This document shows positions 62,884 through 64,000 of a stretch of 64,000 bases of DNA, one piece after another. Below the pieces are notes generated by a model that had not been told where the DNA came from, made no database searches, and saw only the letters and a list, made by a program, of their open reading frames with translations. Made by a program: the position numbers and the translations under genes. The stretch comes from Azolla caroliniana (Eukaryota > Plantae > Polypodiophyta), in the NCBI GenBank assembly GCA_043228905.1, contig JBHGNT010000068.1, positions 62,001 through 126,000 of the forward strand. Direction: 5' to 3'. Position 1 is the stretch's first letter. Each line of letters starts with the position of its first letter.

Positions 62884-64000
62884 TGTTCCTTCTACACCTC
62901 TACTCTACTCTCTCTTGTGTCTTGGCTCTTCTCTTCTGGACACACATGGTTCGCTCCGCTACATATGCACCGTGACCCCACATCACATCACACTCTATCC
63001 ATCTCTCCACTTCAGTAAATACGTCATGTTGCTCACTTGTTAGCTGTTAGCATCCCTTCACACACGCACATGCTCGCTCGCATATTCAACAGATGCCCCT
63101 ACCTTGCGGCTGCCCCACCTCACTCTCCAATGTCCATGCATATATGTATATATATATATATGCTCCATCATCCTCGTATCATACTTTTTGCTTTACATCG
63201 TATTTATTGATAATCGTTTATGTGTAAGTAATCGCCTCTGAAAAAAAGGTCAACATGTTACGTGCTCTCCACGTAGTGCATTATTTTAATACGTAAGAGT
63301 GCCTCACCCCTCAATACTTCCCAAAACTTGTAAGTAAGAGGGGAAGGAGGGAGGAGGGCACATTTGCTAAATCATTGATATTGTGGTTCATCTTCTCGGG
63401 ATACATACTTTTCGAATGTTTTTGGTTAAATCGGAGGGAATGCTTATTCGTATTTTTGAAATTGAACAAAGTTCTCGATTTTGATAATTATATACCCCAT
63501 GCAACCTTTGGAATGCTAACACGATAGCATGTGTTTATGGATTTGGCCATGTATTCTACGGTCAAGGCTTGTGTTTCTAATACACATTTATGTACAACTA
63601 TGTGAGAGCGAGTAAGAATGGGAGATGATGATGTTTGACATGAGATTCTGGGCAAATAGAGCAATGAGAGTAAGGATTTAGGACGGTGGGAAAGAATTTT
63701 TTTTATTTTTTTATTTTTTTATTTTTTATTTTTATTTTTTTTGGGGGGAGGGGGGGGGGGGGATTGGCCACACAAAGCATGTGGGTTTTACATAGAAAGT
63801 CAGAATGCATGGGGCCATATCTCACCATTTCTGAATTCGCTCATGCATATTTCAACTTTGGAGGCTTCCCTCGATGCCAAGATCCTTAAAACTTACGCAT
63901 GAGCATCTTTTGAGAGGGTTTGTAAATTAAAGGCCCCATGGACAAGGTAAAATTGCATAGCTATTAAACCATATGCATTAATCATTAGATTGTAGGTTAA

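Overview
Eukaryotic land-plant nuclear DNA: GT-AG introns, many microsatellites, and PPR and LINE types that suggest a fern or other seed-free plant (inference). Host genes: two tandem bifunctional 3-dehydroquinate dehydratase/shikimate dehydrogenase (DHQ-SDH) paralogs (the 3' end of one at 1-1227, a complete 10-exon copy at 22543-27066), an intronless PLS-E PPR gene, an alpha-expansin and an HCT-like BAHD acyltransferase. Mobile DNA: a head-to-tail array of an RTE-X-like, TC-microsatellite-associated LINE (2638-17000) with an intact Copia nested in it, a degenerate Copia, three 5'-truncated L1-type insertions with TSDs, a non-autonomous hAT element and a solo LTR. The strongest signal is in the LINE: ORF1 and ORF2 are in the same frame, separated only by TGA-CGG (a known viral readthrough context) and followed by a candidate stem-loop, which suggests programmed stop-codon readthrough to an ORF1-ORF2 fusion. 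Also notable are a self-targeting LINE array with a ~40-bp mini-insertion in the BAHD promoter, a Copia without a TSD that replaces 2257 bp of LINE, and a possible quinate/shikimate-ester gene neighbourhood. Coordinates were read by eye and may be off by a few bases.
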